Of a stretch of 64,000 nt of DNA, positions 20,396 through 30,081 are shown one piece after another. A program made the translations under genes and the position numbers. Under the pieces are notes generated by a model that made no database searches, was not told the origin of the DNA, and saw only the letters and a list, made by a program, of their open reading frames with translations. The stretch covers positions 86,643-150,642 of the IMG/VR virus record IMGVR_UViG_3300049048_000052, one strand, 5' to 3'. Position 1 is the stretch's first letter, and the number at the start of each line of letters is the position of its first letter. This DNA comes from a virus.

Positions 20396-20896
20396 TTGAG
20401 GACCATGAATAAGATTGATGCCCTAAGAGGGTTAGCCGATAAGTTGAGGGATCCTAGTACCTATTACTATTGGAACCATGCCTCTACTTGCAACTGTGGC
20501 CTCTTAGCCCAGGTGACTAGTGGTGTCACAGAGAAAGAACTCTTAGATAACCCTTATATTAAGAGGACCTGGAATTCTGTTCTGAATTGTTATGATGCAG
20601 CGCTTTGTCGTATCACTAATATACGGTTAGCCGTAATAGTTGAATCTCTACTTAATACGGGCTTCACTCATGATGAGATCCGGGGCCTAGAATACATCAA
20701 TCATTGCAAGATCATTAACTATATGAAGTCAAGGCATATGCCTTATCAGCCTAGTAAGGAGAATAGGTGGGCCGCGCTCTCATATGTTGAGGCATGGATT
20801 GAGTATGAAGAGGAGCAGGCAGTCCAACAATTGTCTAGCTCCCTGGTTAAGGTTAAACCTAAACAAATGGTAGGAGTCGGCTGTGGGATTAACTAA
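20396..20896 (+). CDS. hypothetical protein (paralog 1 of tandem pair)
   Basis: 166 aa; shares YYxWxxAxxCNCGLLAQV and a GFT(H/D)xEI(R/K)GLE block with the next gene. Confidence 0.5.
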   Translation: MRTMNKIDALRGLADKLRDPSTYYYWNHASTCNCGLLAQVTSGVTEKELLDNPYIKRTWNSVLNCYDAALCRITNIRLAVIVESLLNTGFTHDEIRGLEYINHCKIINYMKSRHMPYQPSKENRWAALSYVEAWIEYEEEQAVQQLSSSLVKVKPKQMVGVGCGIN

Positions 20897-21380
20897 AATC
20901 AAGGCTCTAAAAGGTCTTGAGGCTAAACTAGCAGATTCCTCTGTGTATTACCAGTGGAGTGAGGCATTTGCCTGCAACTGTGGGCTGTTAGCTCAAGTGG
21001 TTAATAATGTGACAGACAATGAGTTAGCAGATGTAGCCTGGATATCTGGCCCCTGGGAAGATATTCTAAATGACTATGACAACCCCTCGTTAGGGGACGT
21101 TGTATGTCCAGTCACAGGCTTAACCTGGCGTAAGGTTGTAGAGTCCTTATGGAACTTAGGGTTTACAGACTCTGAGATAAAAGGCTTAGAGATGCTTAAC
21201 CAAAGAAGTATCCTGGAAAGACTAAAGACTAAGGGACATGAGAACCTCACTCGTAACCACAGAGGACATGTGTTACTCTATGTACAAACCTGGATTGAAC
21301 TTGAGGAGGAGGCAGTTATAGAAGTGGCACTCCGTCAACTCTGGCTAAGCAAGTCTGAACCAGGGCTACCAGTATTCTAA
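20883..21380 (+). CDS. hypothetical protein (paralog 2 of tandem pair)
   Basis: 165 aa, clear paralog of 20396..20896. Confidence 0.5.
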   Translation: MGLTKIKALKGLEAKLADSSVYYQWSEAFACNCGLLAQVVNNVTDNELADVAWISGPWEDILNDYDNPSLGDVVCPVTGLTWRKVVESLWNLGFTDSEIKGLEMLNQRSILERLKTKGHENLTRNHRGHVLLYVQTWIELEEEAVIEVALRQLWLSKSEPGLPVF

Positions 21381-21465
21381 CTTAGGTTAGATTATGGTTA
21401 GTCCAGTCTGTCTCCCTTACTGTTCTAACCATCAATAAGGGGGACACTTAGCTCTCCTCGGAGAG

Positions 21466-21963
21466 ATGTCGAATTCAGCTAATAAAGGAATGTTAGAAAC
21501 TTTAACTCTACTTGGAATGATTGCATCCGTCTCTATCCATGATGCGGATATACCTCATGTTAAACCTGAGCCTCTCAAGGTAACCTATGTTACTAAGCAG
21601 GTAACCAGTTATAGATCCATAGGATGTGCTGATGTCTCATGGTATGGTCCTGGGTTTAATGGTAATACAACTGCAAACGGTGAAGTCTTTAATCAGGATG
21701 GCATCAGTGCAGCCCATAAAGACTTGCCCTTTGGTACTATGCTCAGGGTTACCAACCAGGAGAATGGTCGCAGTGTAATAGTCAGGATCAATGATAGAGG
21801 TCCTTATGCTCCAGGTCGATTTGTTGACCTAAGCAAAGGTGCGGCAGAGGTTATTGGAAGCACTCATAGAGGTGTAGTCTATGGTTGTGCTGATATAGTA
21901 GAGAAGAGATGGGTGACTATACCCAGGTTACCAGGCACTGTAATTGCAGAGTCTGGATTATAG
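21466..21963 (+). CDS. RlpA-like double-psi beta-barrel domain protein
   Basis: TANGEVFNQDGISAAHKDLPFGTMLRVTN.ENGRSVIVRINDRGPYAPGRFVDLSKGAAEVIG matches the RlpA/DPBB consensus. Confidence 0.6.
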   Translation: MSNSANKGMLETLTLLGMIASVSIHDADIPHVKPEPLKVTYVTKQVTSYRSIGCADVSWYGPGFNGNTTANGEVFNQDGISAAHKDLPFGTMLRVTNQENGRSVIVRINDRGPYAPGRFVDLSKGAAEVIGSTHRGVVYGCADIVEKRWVTIPRLPGTVIAESGL

Positions 21964-21969
21964 AGTAAA

Positions 21970-22743
21970 TTGGAGAGGGTCCTTAATGGACCCTCTAATA
22001 ATATGAAGATATTAATAGTAAGTGATATACACTTTGAACGACATGACTACCCTAAGACCTTCATAGATAGATTACCTGAGGCTGATGTACTTATAGTAGC
22101 TGGGGATATGATTCCCTTTACTGATTATAATTATCGGAACGTAGTGTACAGCCTATCCAACAAGTATGATGACTTCATACATATAGCAGGTAATCATGAG
22201 TTCTATGGTAATGGGATAAAAGAGGGCACCCTTATAGCTAGAGAGGAAGAACATAAACAATATAGCTATGTTTACCTAGATAACCAGGTAACTACTGTAG
22301 GTGATACAGACCTTATAAGTATTGCTGGCTCTACCACCTGGTTCCCTTGGGTACCTGAGGTAGATACAGAACGCATATACCTTAATGACTACAACTATAT
22401 AAAAGAGTTCAAGAAGGACCCTAAGGTGCCCCATGAGTTAAATCAGAAGGCCATAGAGTTCTGGTGTAACGTAAATGCTGACATATGGGTGATGCACCAT
22501 TTACCCAGTAAGCAATCAGTACACCCTAAGTATGAGGGTGATGCCTTCAACTGCTTCTTCCTATCTGATATGGAGGAAGTAATAAGAGAGAGGCAACCTA
22601 AGCTAGTTATACATGGGCATACACATGATAGCTTTGATTACCATATAGGTGAGACAAGGGTTATCTGTAATCCCTATGGTTATGACACATGGAACCATAA
22701 GCAATTAAATAAGAACTTTAAACATTTAATCGTGGAGATATAA
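21970..22743 (+). CDS. calcineurin-like metallophosphoesterase
   Basis: ILIVSDIHF, VLIVAGDM, IAGNHEFYG and GHTHD reproduce the four metallophosphoesterase metal-binding motifs in order. Confidence 0.7.
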   Translation: MERVLNGPSNNMKILIVSDIHFERHDYPKTFIDRLPEADVLIVAGDMIPFTDYNYRNVVYSLSNKYDDFIHIAGNHEFYGNGIKEGTLIAREEEHKQYSYVYLDNQVTTVGDTDLISIAGSTTWFPWVPEVDTERIYLNDYNYIKEFKKDPKVPHELNQKAIEFWCNVNADIWVMHHLPSKQSVHPKYEGDAFNCFFLSDMEEVIRERQPKLVIHGHTHDSFDYHIGETRVICNPYGYDTWNHKQLNKNFKHLIVEI

Positions 22744-22978
22744 GATGGATAATAACCAATTAATAGAAGCTATAGATGATGCCTTGGTAAATGGTAGTAT
22801 TCCTAGAAATATATATGAGGCCGCTAACAATGCTCAAAACATCCTTGAAGATCCTCCCTTAGCAAGGGCAATCCTGGATATAGGAGAGGCAGTATTTGAT
22901 GGCAAGGTAATTATTGAAGATTAATATTTAAGATGGGACCAAGGTCCCATTATTTGTTTATTGATTAGTGGTTGTGAG

Positions 22979-23665
22979 ATGCCAAAGTTAGTTGCACCAA
23001 GTCAACATAAGCGTAGAAAAGGCCGTAAGGCTGATTACTTTCAGCTACCCAACCTACTCAGCCTAGAGACCCTAAATAGGATGGATCTTATTGAGGTCCG
23101 TAGGGCAATGAGGGACAAGGGTATTAGCTGCCTTCCTACTACCGATCTAAAGCAGGTGTTGAGGGAGCTAATTGCAAAGCGTAAAGCAATAGAGATAGGC
23201 TCAGGTAACAACCTGTTATGTGGTTATCTCCAAATATTAGGCACTGACTCCTTTGCTGGAGTCAAGGATGCAACCCTATCAATGTGGATGACCTCAATAG
23301 GATTCTCATTACCAACCCCTAACATACATCTAGTAAAAGAGATGGAGGCCTTAGAGGCAGTAGAGCATTATAAACCTAAGGTAGTCATAGGGGCATGGAT
23401 ACCTGATAAACATACCTGCTTTGGTAAGGAGAGAGGATATGGGGTAGATGAGGTGGCCATACTAGAGAGCCCCTATGTAGAGACATATATCCACATAGGT
23501 AATACCTTAGTCCACCAGAACAAGACAATCAATCAAATACCCCATAAAGTGTTTGATGCCCCTACAATATCTATTGCTAATAGGGGTAAGGATATCATTC
23601 AGGTGTGGACTAAGGTGGATATAGATTCACCTGAGGGATCCGTTGACGACGATAATTACACATAG
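22979..23665 (+). CDS. hypothetical protein
   Basis: ATG at 22979 preferred over the TTG listed at 22961; TTTATTGATTAG motif just upstream. Confidence 0.45.
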   Translation: MPKLVAPSQHKRRKGRKADYFQLPNLLSLETLNRMDLIEVRRAMRDKGISCLPTTDLKQVLRELIAKRKAIEIGSGNNLLCGYLQILGTDSFAGVKDATLSMWMTSIGFSLPTPNIHLVKEMEALEAVEHYKPKVVIGAWIPDKHTCFGKERGYGVDEVAILESPYVETYIHIGNTLVHQNKTINQIPHKVFDAPTISIANRGKDIIQVWTKVDIDSPEGSVDDDNYT

Positions 23666-23959
23666 GACACACAGATGCTACTTACAACAGAACAGATCCT
23701 CAACAACCTCCAAGCTGAGGTAGGTCCAGGGCGTCACTTCATGGCAACCTTAGACAAAACTGGGGATACCAAACATGCATGGGATCCATCCAAGGCAGAA
23801 GAGGTGGCAGTAGCCAAGGCAACCTTTGATAGCCTAAAGAAGAAAAGCTACATAGCCTACACAGTAAATCCAGATGGCAGTAAGGGTGAGATCATGCATG
23901 AATTCAATGCACTAGCAGCGGTCATCATCATGAGTCAACCCATGGTAAGTGGTTGAGGT

Positions 23960-24580
23960 ATGACACAAACAACCAACTACCTAAGATCACTTGTCTGGAA
24001 GGACTGGGTTGATAGTGCGATCACAATGAGTGCACAGGCTACACACCTTGCTAGGTATGGAACGACTACCGTTGACTACTTATGGCCCAAATGGGTAACG
24101 GACGTGGCAACTACTAGCATCGAGATACCTATGAGAAGACCTGTGCAGGCAACTATACAGGTTATCGACAGAGAACAAGAGAGGCTAGCAGTCCGACATA
24201 GAATGGCTGAGCAGGAGTCTGAAAGACTCAGGTGGAGTCAAGCTATGAAGGAAGCTGAGGAGAGATCCTTAGCCTTACTATTGGCTATGTTACCTGTTGA
24301 GCTGGCTGTAGAACTAAGGACAAAGAAGTTCTTCACTATCACAACACCAGCGGGTAATAGGTATCAGATCCATGGCTACCGTACTCATAATGTGAAACAG
24401 TTAGATACTGAAGGTAAACCCTTCATGTCCTATTGTTATCACTCACCTAGCCATATTCCTATCTATGACAGCATGGTAGCCCAATTGTTACTGCTGATGA
24501 CTGATGAGGAGGACTTCCTAGCCCGTGCTAATAGGAGAGATCTTAGAACAGGTCTCTACCATCAGGCCAGGGTGAGATAA
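23960..24580 (+). CDS. hypothetical protein
   Basis: 206-aa ORF followed by a 12-bp-stem hairpin. Confidence 0.45.
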   Translation: MTQTTNYLRSLVWKDWVDSAITMSAQATHLARYGTTTVDYLWPKWVTDVATTSIEIPMRRPVQATIQVIDREQERLAVRHRMAEQESERLRWSQAMKEAEERSLALLLAMLPVELAVELRTKKFFTITTPAGNRYQIHGYRTHNVKQLDTEGKPFMSYCYHSPSHIPIYDSMVAQLLLLMTDEEDFLARANRRDLRTGLYHQARVR

Positions 24581-24583
24581 GAA

Positions 24584-24620
24584 TACTAAGGGCAGGAAAG
24601 CCTGCCCTTAGTATTAAGTT
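24584..24620 (+). terminator. terminator-like hairpin
   Basis: ATACTAAGGGCAGG AAAG CCTGCCCTTAGTAT (14-bp stem). Confidence 0.45.
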
Positions 24621-25475
24621 AGTAGTAGCAACCCCTAAGGGATTCAAGATAAAGGAGAGATAATGTTAGAAGTACTAAGAATAACCGTAGATACTATTAG
24701 ATTTCTATATAGTCTTAGTGTAGCCGTATTTATATTAAAGATGCTGATCTTCTCAGAAATGAGGAAAGATCCAGATGCAATGCTCAAGTGTCTCCTATGG
24801 CCCTTTACTAAACTGATCAAGAAGAGACGGTTACGTGCAGTTAGCGGCATAGTTACAGTATGTTTCAGTATATTCTTTGTAGGGGCAGCAGTATCAGATA
24901 GCTATAGGTTAGCGGCACTAAGTGAGTCCTTTCTATGGGCAGGTATGATAACAGGCATTATGATGTCCTCTACATTAGATCTTTACTCTGCTGAATATAC
25001 TAAGGAATAGATATCATGCAGATTGTAAAACAAATGGCTTTAGGCCTAATGTTCCTAGGTATAGGGCTAGCTCTAACACGGTTAATCAGACCTCCTCAGT
25101 CTAAAGATAGGGCTGCCTTATCTAAAGCTGATATAGATAGAGTAACTAATAAGGTGGAGGAGATTATCTACCTAGCCCATAGTTCTATACCAGAGGGTAT
25201 GGGTGTGATAGTACTACTCAGTAAGGAAGAACATGAGGCTCTCCCTTGGGATCCCACTGATATCATTAGTACAGCAAAGGCTAAGCTAAGATTCAATGAA
25301 CTTATAGAAGATAAGTACGCAATGATTAAGGTTAGTAGTAACTTAGATAGCGCGCTAGAAACCACTGACTTTGATCCTTATGCAAGAGTCGTACTTGCTG
25401 TGCGTAATAAGGACTAATGCTTACTCTAATAGGTCAGGGCATTGATATACTACCCCCACTAAGGAGGAATAGTAT

Positions 25476-25754
25476 ATGAAACCAGGACCTAAGAAGGGTA
25501 GTAGTCAGAGTAAATCCCATGTTGCCAAGAGGGCCAAGGCTGTAAAAGGTAAGGCCAATGGTATGTTTAAGGATGGAAGACGTTCCTATCGTTCCATAGC
25601 GGGAGCTAGGAATAGCGATGGAAAAGTTGTGCATCACAAGGACGGTGATAGGACCAATAATTCAAGATCTAATCTAAAGGTCCTGAATGATGGTCCTAGT
25701 AGGCCAGGTAGGAAGACAACTAGTAAGCATGAAAGACTTACTAGACGTAAGTAG
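25476..25754 (+). CDS. small basic HNH (HNH_3-type) endonuclease-like protein
   Basis: 92 aa, K/R-rich, with VVHHKDGDRTNNSRSNLKVL (the HH.DG...NN...NL pattern of HNH_3-type homing endonucleases); ends exactly where a tRNA-like gene begins. Confidence 0.5.
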   Translation: MKPGPKKGSSQSKSHVAKRAKAVKGKANGMFKDGRRSYRSIAGARNSDGKVVHHKDGDRTNNSRSNLKVLNDGPSRPGRKTTSKHERLTRRK

Positions 25755-25924
25755 CCAGTGTAGCTTAAAAGGTAAAGCGTACCCCTCTCAGGGTATACCG
25801 AAAGGGTCCATAGGTAATAGGTGTAGTTGCAAGATTCTGTGAGAGTTATAAACTCCGTATTCGGCAGAGTCCCAGACTGCACAACTATACCTATGGATAT
25901 GAGGGTTCGATCCCCTTCACTGGC
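25754..25924 (+). tRNA. tRNA-like gene (anticodon-arm loop CTCTCA, Glu-like) with about 100-nt insertion after the anticodon arm
   Basis: 5' part 25754..25795: acceptor GCCAGTG, D-arm GCTT/AAAAGGTA/AAGC, stem TACCC/GGGTA. 3' part 25901..25924: T-arm GAGGG/TTCGATC/CCCTT, acceptor CACTGGC pairing 7/7. Confidence 0.35.
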
Positions 25925-26012
25925 GTTGACTAAGATAGAACAATGAGACATAAAGAAATGCCCCTCTATGTAAGACACATAAGAGGGGGTCCAATTAACT
26001 TAGGAGTAAATA

Positions 26013-26327
26013 ATGATAAATCCAGTATCAGAGATATTATTAGGGGAATCCAAAGAGGGAGTCCAGTTTATGACACCGATGGCTGCGGCAGCTAAGGATA
26101 TATATGTAAGAGCTTTAAGAGCTGGATTAGATGTAACATTAACCGCAGCTAACCAAGAGGTGAGTATAGATCCTCAGTCTGGACTGTTAGAGGCAAGCTT
26201 GAATCTATGTGAGGTCGAGGGATATAGACCCTCGGTAGCTGAGTATTATAAGTTAGTGGATATCATGACAGGGGCCCTAGCTGCCCTTAAGGAAGTTAAG
26301 AACGAATGGAAAGCTCCTACTAAATAG
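26013..26327 (+). CDS. hypothetical protein
   Basis: 104-aa ORF with GGAGTAAATAATG ribosome-binding site. Confidence 0.45.
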   Translation: MINPVSEILLGESKEGVQFMTPMAAAAKDIYVRALRAGLDVTLTAANQEVSIDPQSGLLEASLNLCEVEGYRPSVAEYYKLVDIMTGALAALKEVKNEWKAPTK

Positions 26328-26730
26328 CCCTATTAGGATCAAGGGTACATTTATGATGATGCTTATCTAAAGTCTCATATGTACCCTGCACCTTGTGATA
26401 GATAACTCTTCTAGAGGGAATAATCCCCGGTTTAGAATAAGTAACTTGACAACCCTCTAGTGTCCACTGGTAATCCCAGTCCCTCTGGTTACCTTCATAG
26501 TATAGGGTACTGAAGATAGTAAAGCTAATATCGGGTTTTATAAGTAAGTCTCTCCCTATGTATCCATCATTAAATAAGGACATAGCAGGGACTGCTGTCA
26601 TACCATAGAGTAATTTAAACCTACCTGGTTGAGGTAGCCAAAACTCTTCAAACTTAAACAGAATCATATCGCCATGCTTGATAAAGGTATCTCGGCTGGC
26701 ATATGGATCCGCGCTTATATCTACTAACAT
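26320..26730 (-). CDS. hypothetical protein
   Basis: 136-aa minus-strand ORF filling a gap with no plus-strand ORF; non-repetitive composition. Its ATG and the ATG of the following plus gene share CATATG, so one of the two starts is probably internal. Confidence 0.4.
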   Translation of the reverse strand: MLVDISADPYASRDTFIKHGDMILFKFEEFWLPQPGRFKLLYGMTAVPAMSLFNDGYIGRDLLIKPDISFTIFSTLYYEGNQRDWDYQWTLEGCQVTYSKPGIIPSRRVIYHKVQGTYETLDKHHHKCTLDPNRAI

Positions 26731-27312
26731 ATGAATCCTAATACTGAATTACAAATAATAAATAACATAAAGACTCCCCTAATTGAGGAGCCTCATAAAT
26801 ATCATGCCTTTGTGGGCCCTAGGGATCTCTCAGGTATGCCCGAAGAGAAAATAGATGAGTATAAGCAACAGGTTCATGTAACTTGTGCTGCAGGTACTAT
26901 GGTTAGAACAGGGGCGGCACCGGGGGCTGATCAGTTATCTGCTGATAGTGCTCTCTACTTAGAAGAGAAGGTGTCCTTATGTCTACCCTGGAAAGGTTAC
27001 CAGAAGGAATGGAGAAGGATTATTCCTAGACATCTAGTGGAAGAACTCATATTCGACGAAAGTATACATAAGGAAGCTGCAGACTCTGTAGATAAGTATC
27101 ATCCTAATCCTCTAGCTGTTAAGTCCAACTTCGCTACATTCCATCTTATGGGCCGTAACTACCTAATCATGGTAGACCCAAAGACAGGTCCCGTAGGTAG
27201 AGTGGTAGCCCTATGTTACCTAGATGAACAAGGTAAGCCAAAGGGCGGTACAGGTCAGGCTATTAGAATCGCAGAGGCTTTGGGGATTCCGACCCTTCTG
27301 ATTCACCCTTAG
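26731..27312 (+). CDS. DprA/Smf-like SLOG-fold protein
   Basis: YHAFVGPRDL...TGAAPGADQLSADSA...GGTGQAIRIAEALGIPTL resembles the Rossmann-like DprA/SLOG nucleotide-binding core. Confidence 0.45.
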   Translation: MNPNTELQIINNIKTPLIEEPHKYHAFVGPRDLSGMPEEKIDEYKQQVHVTCAAGTMVRTGAAPGADQLSADSALYLEEKVSLCLPWKGYQKEWRRIIPRHLVEELIFDESIHKEAADSVDKYHPNPLAVKSNFATFHLMGRNYLIMVDPKTGPVGRVVALCYLDEQGKPKGGTGQAIRIAEALGIPTLLIHP

Positions 27313-27643
27313 GATCTGGATATATATAAGAGGAGCCATCATAACTCATCTGGAAACTCTCTACGTTAAGCCTATTCTTTACAGGGGAGGCTGTGGACTT
27401 CATAGACTCATAGATACAACCATGATATAGAATAGCAGTCTGTCTATAAGCAGGCTCTAATCTATTGATGAGACAGAAGCCATACTTCTGAGCTAGTGGC
27501 AGTACTCTGTAATCTATGTAGCCCTGCTCTACAATTATGACCTCAGGGCCTACATCAATTAGATTAAAGGCACCAAACATTATGGATTCCTCATCAGCCA
27601 TTATCCATAGTTGATAGGGGGGTGTTGCTACTGATTCATTCAT
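27263..27643 (-). CDS. hypothetical protein
   Basis: 126-aa minus ORF in the gap 27313..27684; its 3' end overlaps the plus gene by 50 nt. Confidence 0.3.
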   Translation of the reverse strand: MNESVATPPYQLWIMADEESIMFGAFNLIDVGPEVIIVEQGYIDYRVLPLAQKYGFCLINRLEPAYRQTAILYHGCIYESMKSTASPVKNRLNVESFQMSYDGSSYIYPDPKGESEGSESPKPLRF

Positions 27644-27684
27644 ATTAATACCTGTAAATATAAGTTCATTATAACTTAAGGAAC

Positions 27685-28338
27685 ATGAGAGTAATAACAG
27701 ATACGGTAACTAGACATAGGGTTACCTCTACCCTTATTACTAAGGGACTCTACTTAATTCTAGAGGAACGTAGCATAAACAATGAGGCTGAAATGCCTCA
27801 GGAGTTGGATCTACTCAATGCTTTCTTCTGTAAGCAGGAGAATGGAACCGGGGACAGATACTATTACTACCCTAAGGAAGCATGGGATCATTACAGTAGC
27901 ATGCCCTACTCCGGATACATAAGAACCATAGGTCTAGCCACATTGAAGGCTGATGAGGTAGTAAATCTGCCTGAGTTTGACCTTGATCTAATAGGTCGTA
28001 TGCACATAGGTTCCTACTTCATGTACAGGTGGAACAAGATTGATCCAATCACTAGGCCCTATGTGACTGAGGCTAATGAACTCATATGGGACCTGTTTGA
28101 CTTAGATAACATGAGGATTTACTTAGAGCAGCACCCTTATGTTAGTGATATTCAAAGCAGACCAACTGACGAGAATAAAGCAGGACTTAGAATAGAGGTT
28201 CTATTGCCTCAAGATGTTCATGATCAAGTCTGGAAGGACTCTCATATACATGGCCTTGGGATGTGGGAAATGCTGTGGCCGGAGCACTCTGGTGCTGAGT
28301 TCGATATACTCAATATCAAACAATTCCTGTTGCCCTAA
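27685..28338 (+). CDS. hypothetical protein
   Basis: 217-aa ORF. Confidence 0.45.
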   Translation: MRVITDTVTRHRVTSTLITKGLYLILEERSINNEAEMPQELDLLNAFFCKQENGTGDRYYYYPKEAWDHYSSMPYSGYIRTIGLATLKADEVVNLPEFDLDLIGRMHIGSYFMYRWNKIDPITRPYVTEANELIWDLFDLDNMRIYLEQHPYVSDIQSRPTDENKAGLRIEVLLPQDVHDQVWKDSHIHGLGMWEMLWPEHSGAEFDILNIKQFLLP

Positions 28339-28343
28339 CAACT

Positions 28344-28898
28344 ATGACAGATAAGAAAGCTTGGTCAGTTATCTTTAGGATGGGAGGCATTAGCTTTACC
28401 TCAGTAGAGGAAGAGGATGCCTTCATCAATTATCTAGAGGCACAGGATGATATCCTGAGTAGTCTGGATGTTTGGGGTGCTGACAACAAATTGAAGCGCC
28501 TACTCTACGAGTTCTCTAAACCTACACTACCTGAGCTACAACTGAGAAGGTTATATTATCGGCCTGGTACAGATGCCTATGATACAGACTTCTTTATTGC
28601 TACTGCAGACAAAGGGGAGACAGTAGAGGGACTTCATATTACTTGGTCTCAGCTCCCAACTTTAAAGAGTGTGTATCGAATTGATATACCTAATCCTGAG
28701 GTATGGTGTCCTGCCCCTGAGTATGTTCATAAGGATGCTTGGTGGGTTATGCAGGCAAATATTAGGGATGCCAGGAATAAGTTAGCGGAGACTCTTGCAG
28801 GATCTCGTGTACTTAGATGGGCTATAGGTCCCGCCCCTAAGAAGGAAGAGAAGCCCCCTGTGGAATACCCTGATTACATAGTAACAGTGGAGGATTAG
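28344..28898 (+). CDS. hypothetical protein (paralog 1)
   Basis: 184 aa; shares EEEDAFI.YLEAQDDIL, RLYY.PG and VWCPAPEYV blocks with the next gene. Confidence 0.5.
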   Translation: MTDKKAWSVIFRMGGISFTSVEEEDAFINYLEAQDDILSSLDVWGADNKLKRLLYEFSKPTLPELQLRRLYYRPGTDAYDTDFFIATADKGETVEGLHITWSQLPTLKSVYRIDIPNPEVWCPAPEYVHKDAWWVMQANIRDARNKLAETLAGSRVLRWAIGPAPKKEEKPPVEYPDYIVTVED

Positions 28899-29407
28899 TG
28901 GATTATAAACTAGCTTGGAAGATCATACTAACAGCCAACGATGTGGAATGTCGCACTAACGAGGAAGAGGCTGCCTTCATTGATCATCTAGATCAACAAG
29001 AGGGTATCTTAGAGACGCTAGACAATCATTGGTGTATGAGGGATAAGCTTTATGAGTTACTAGAGACATTCACAAAGCCTCCATTAGGTCCACTAGATCT
29101 GAATAGGCTGTATTACAAGAAGGGCAGCACACTCTATAATACCCAGTACTTTCTTCCTACTCACGAGGGAGTTGGTATGGTAGGAGGCTTCTTAGTTACT
29201 CGCCATAAGGGTGTAGATGAAACATCTATATCCAGGCATAGGATTCCTGGCGAGGAATGGTGTCTAGCCCCTGAGCATGTGGAGTCTGAGGTAGCACCTG
29301 TCTTAAGTGATTACTTGGATAGTCTAAATGTGCGTGTGGAGACAACTAGGTTAGCTCAAGTGCGCCTAGAGGAGCTACTAACAAAAGTAAAAGAGGTTAT
29401 TGAGTAG
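28898..29407 (+). CDS. hypothetical protein (paralog 2)
   Basis: 169 aa; EEEAAFIDHLDQQEGIL, RLYYKKG, WCLAPEHV. Confidence 0.5.
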   Translation: MDYKLAWKIILTANDVECRTNEEEAAFIDHLDQQEGILETLDNHWCMRDKLYELLETFTKPPLGPLDLNRLYYKKGSTLYNTQYFLPTHEGVGMVGGFLVTRHKGVDETSISRHRIPGEEWCLAPEHVESEVAPVLSDYLDSLNVRVETTRLAQVRLEELLTKVKEVIE

Positions 29408-29413
29408 GATTCT

Positions 29414-29656
29414 ATGAGAAAGCTAGTGAGTCTAACAATTCTAGTGCTAATGAGCATATCACTATGGTCCTGTGGTGCGAGCCCTACTCCCAGCCCTCCT
29501 CCTGCAGTTAGGGCAAGTGGGTCACCCTTTGAGGTATATAACCTTGAGGGTACTGAAGGTTTCCCTGATGTTAGAGTTATCACTGGTAGCATGATGAGTG
29601 ACCCTGTAGTCATACTCAAGTGCGGCCAGGATACTAAGCTGTGGAGGCAGCAATGA
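29414..29656 (+). CDS. putative lipoprotein
   Basis: Signal peptide MRKLVSLTILVLMSISLWSCG then a Pro/Ser-rich linker. Confidence 0.4.
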   Translation: MRKLVSLTILVLMSISLWSCGASPTPSPPPAVRASGSPFEVYNLEGTEGFPDVRVITGSMMSDPVVILKCGQDTKLWRQQ

Positions 29657-30060
29657 CAGATCCGGAGTTAGAGGTCATTAAGCAAAGGGAACTTGATAGG
29701 TGGACCCAAGCTATCATGCTCTTAATGTCTGTGGGCCTAAGTGCGCCCGCATCTATGTCCCATCGTTACGGGTTCTACCTTATCTTTGAGCAGGTTATGA
29801 GACCTGGGCTCACCTGTAATGTTGAGTATATGGCTGATGGTTGGTGTAGAGTAACTCTGACTGATGGTTATACTAAATGGACCGCCTATGGTTACCATTT
29901 ACTCTTTGCTATGACTAAGGCAACCCTACATTACCTTGGGGTTAGTGTGGATACCCTAGAGGACGAGGAAGAAGAATCCGAGTTAAATGAGGTACCTGAT
30001 TTACAGGTCATGATGCCTAGCTTTAAGTGCTAGATAAGAGGGCCCTTATAGGCCCTCTTT

Positions 30061-30081
30061 ATATATAAGGATATAAATATG
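30061..30081 (+). promoter_or_regulatory. GGATATAAAT box abutting the ATG (TATAAATA-like)
   Basis: TATATATAAGGATATAAATATG. The same arrangement (terminator palindrome, GGATATAAAT, ATG) occurs at 59357..59376; related GGTATATAA(G/A/AC)-ATG at 1441, 4441 and 13284. Confidence 0.35.

Noticed and set aside
26728-26733. Divergent genes sharing CATATG (minus-strand ATG at 26730, plus-strand ATG at 26731)
   Set aside because: Zero-length divergent intergenic space leaves no room for either promoter. Both ORFs were kept at low confidence, but one true start is probably internal (for example minus-strand Met at about 26665 or plus-strand Met at about 26836).
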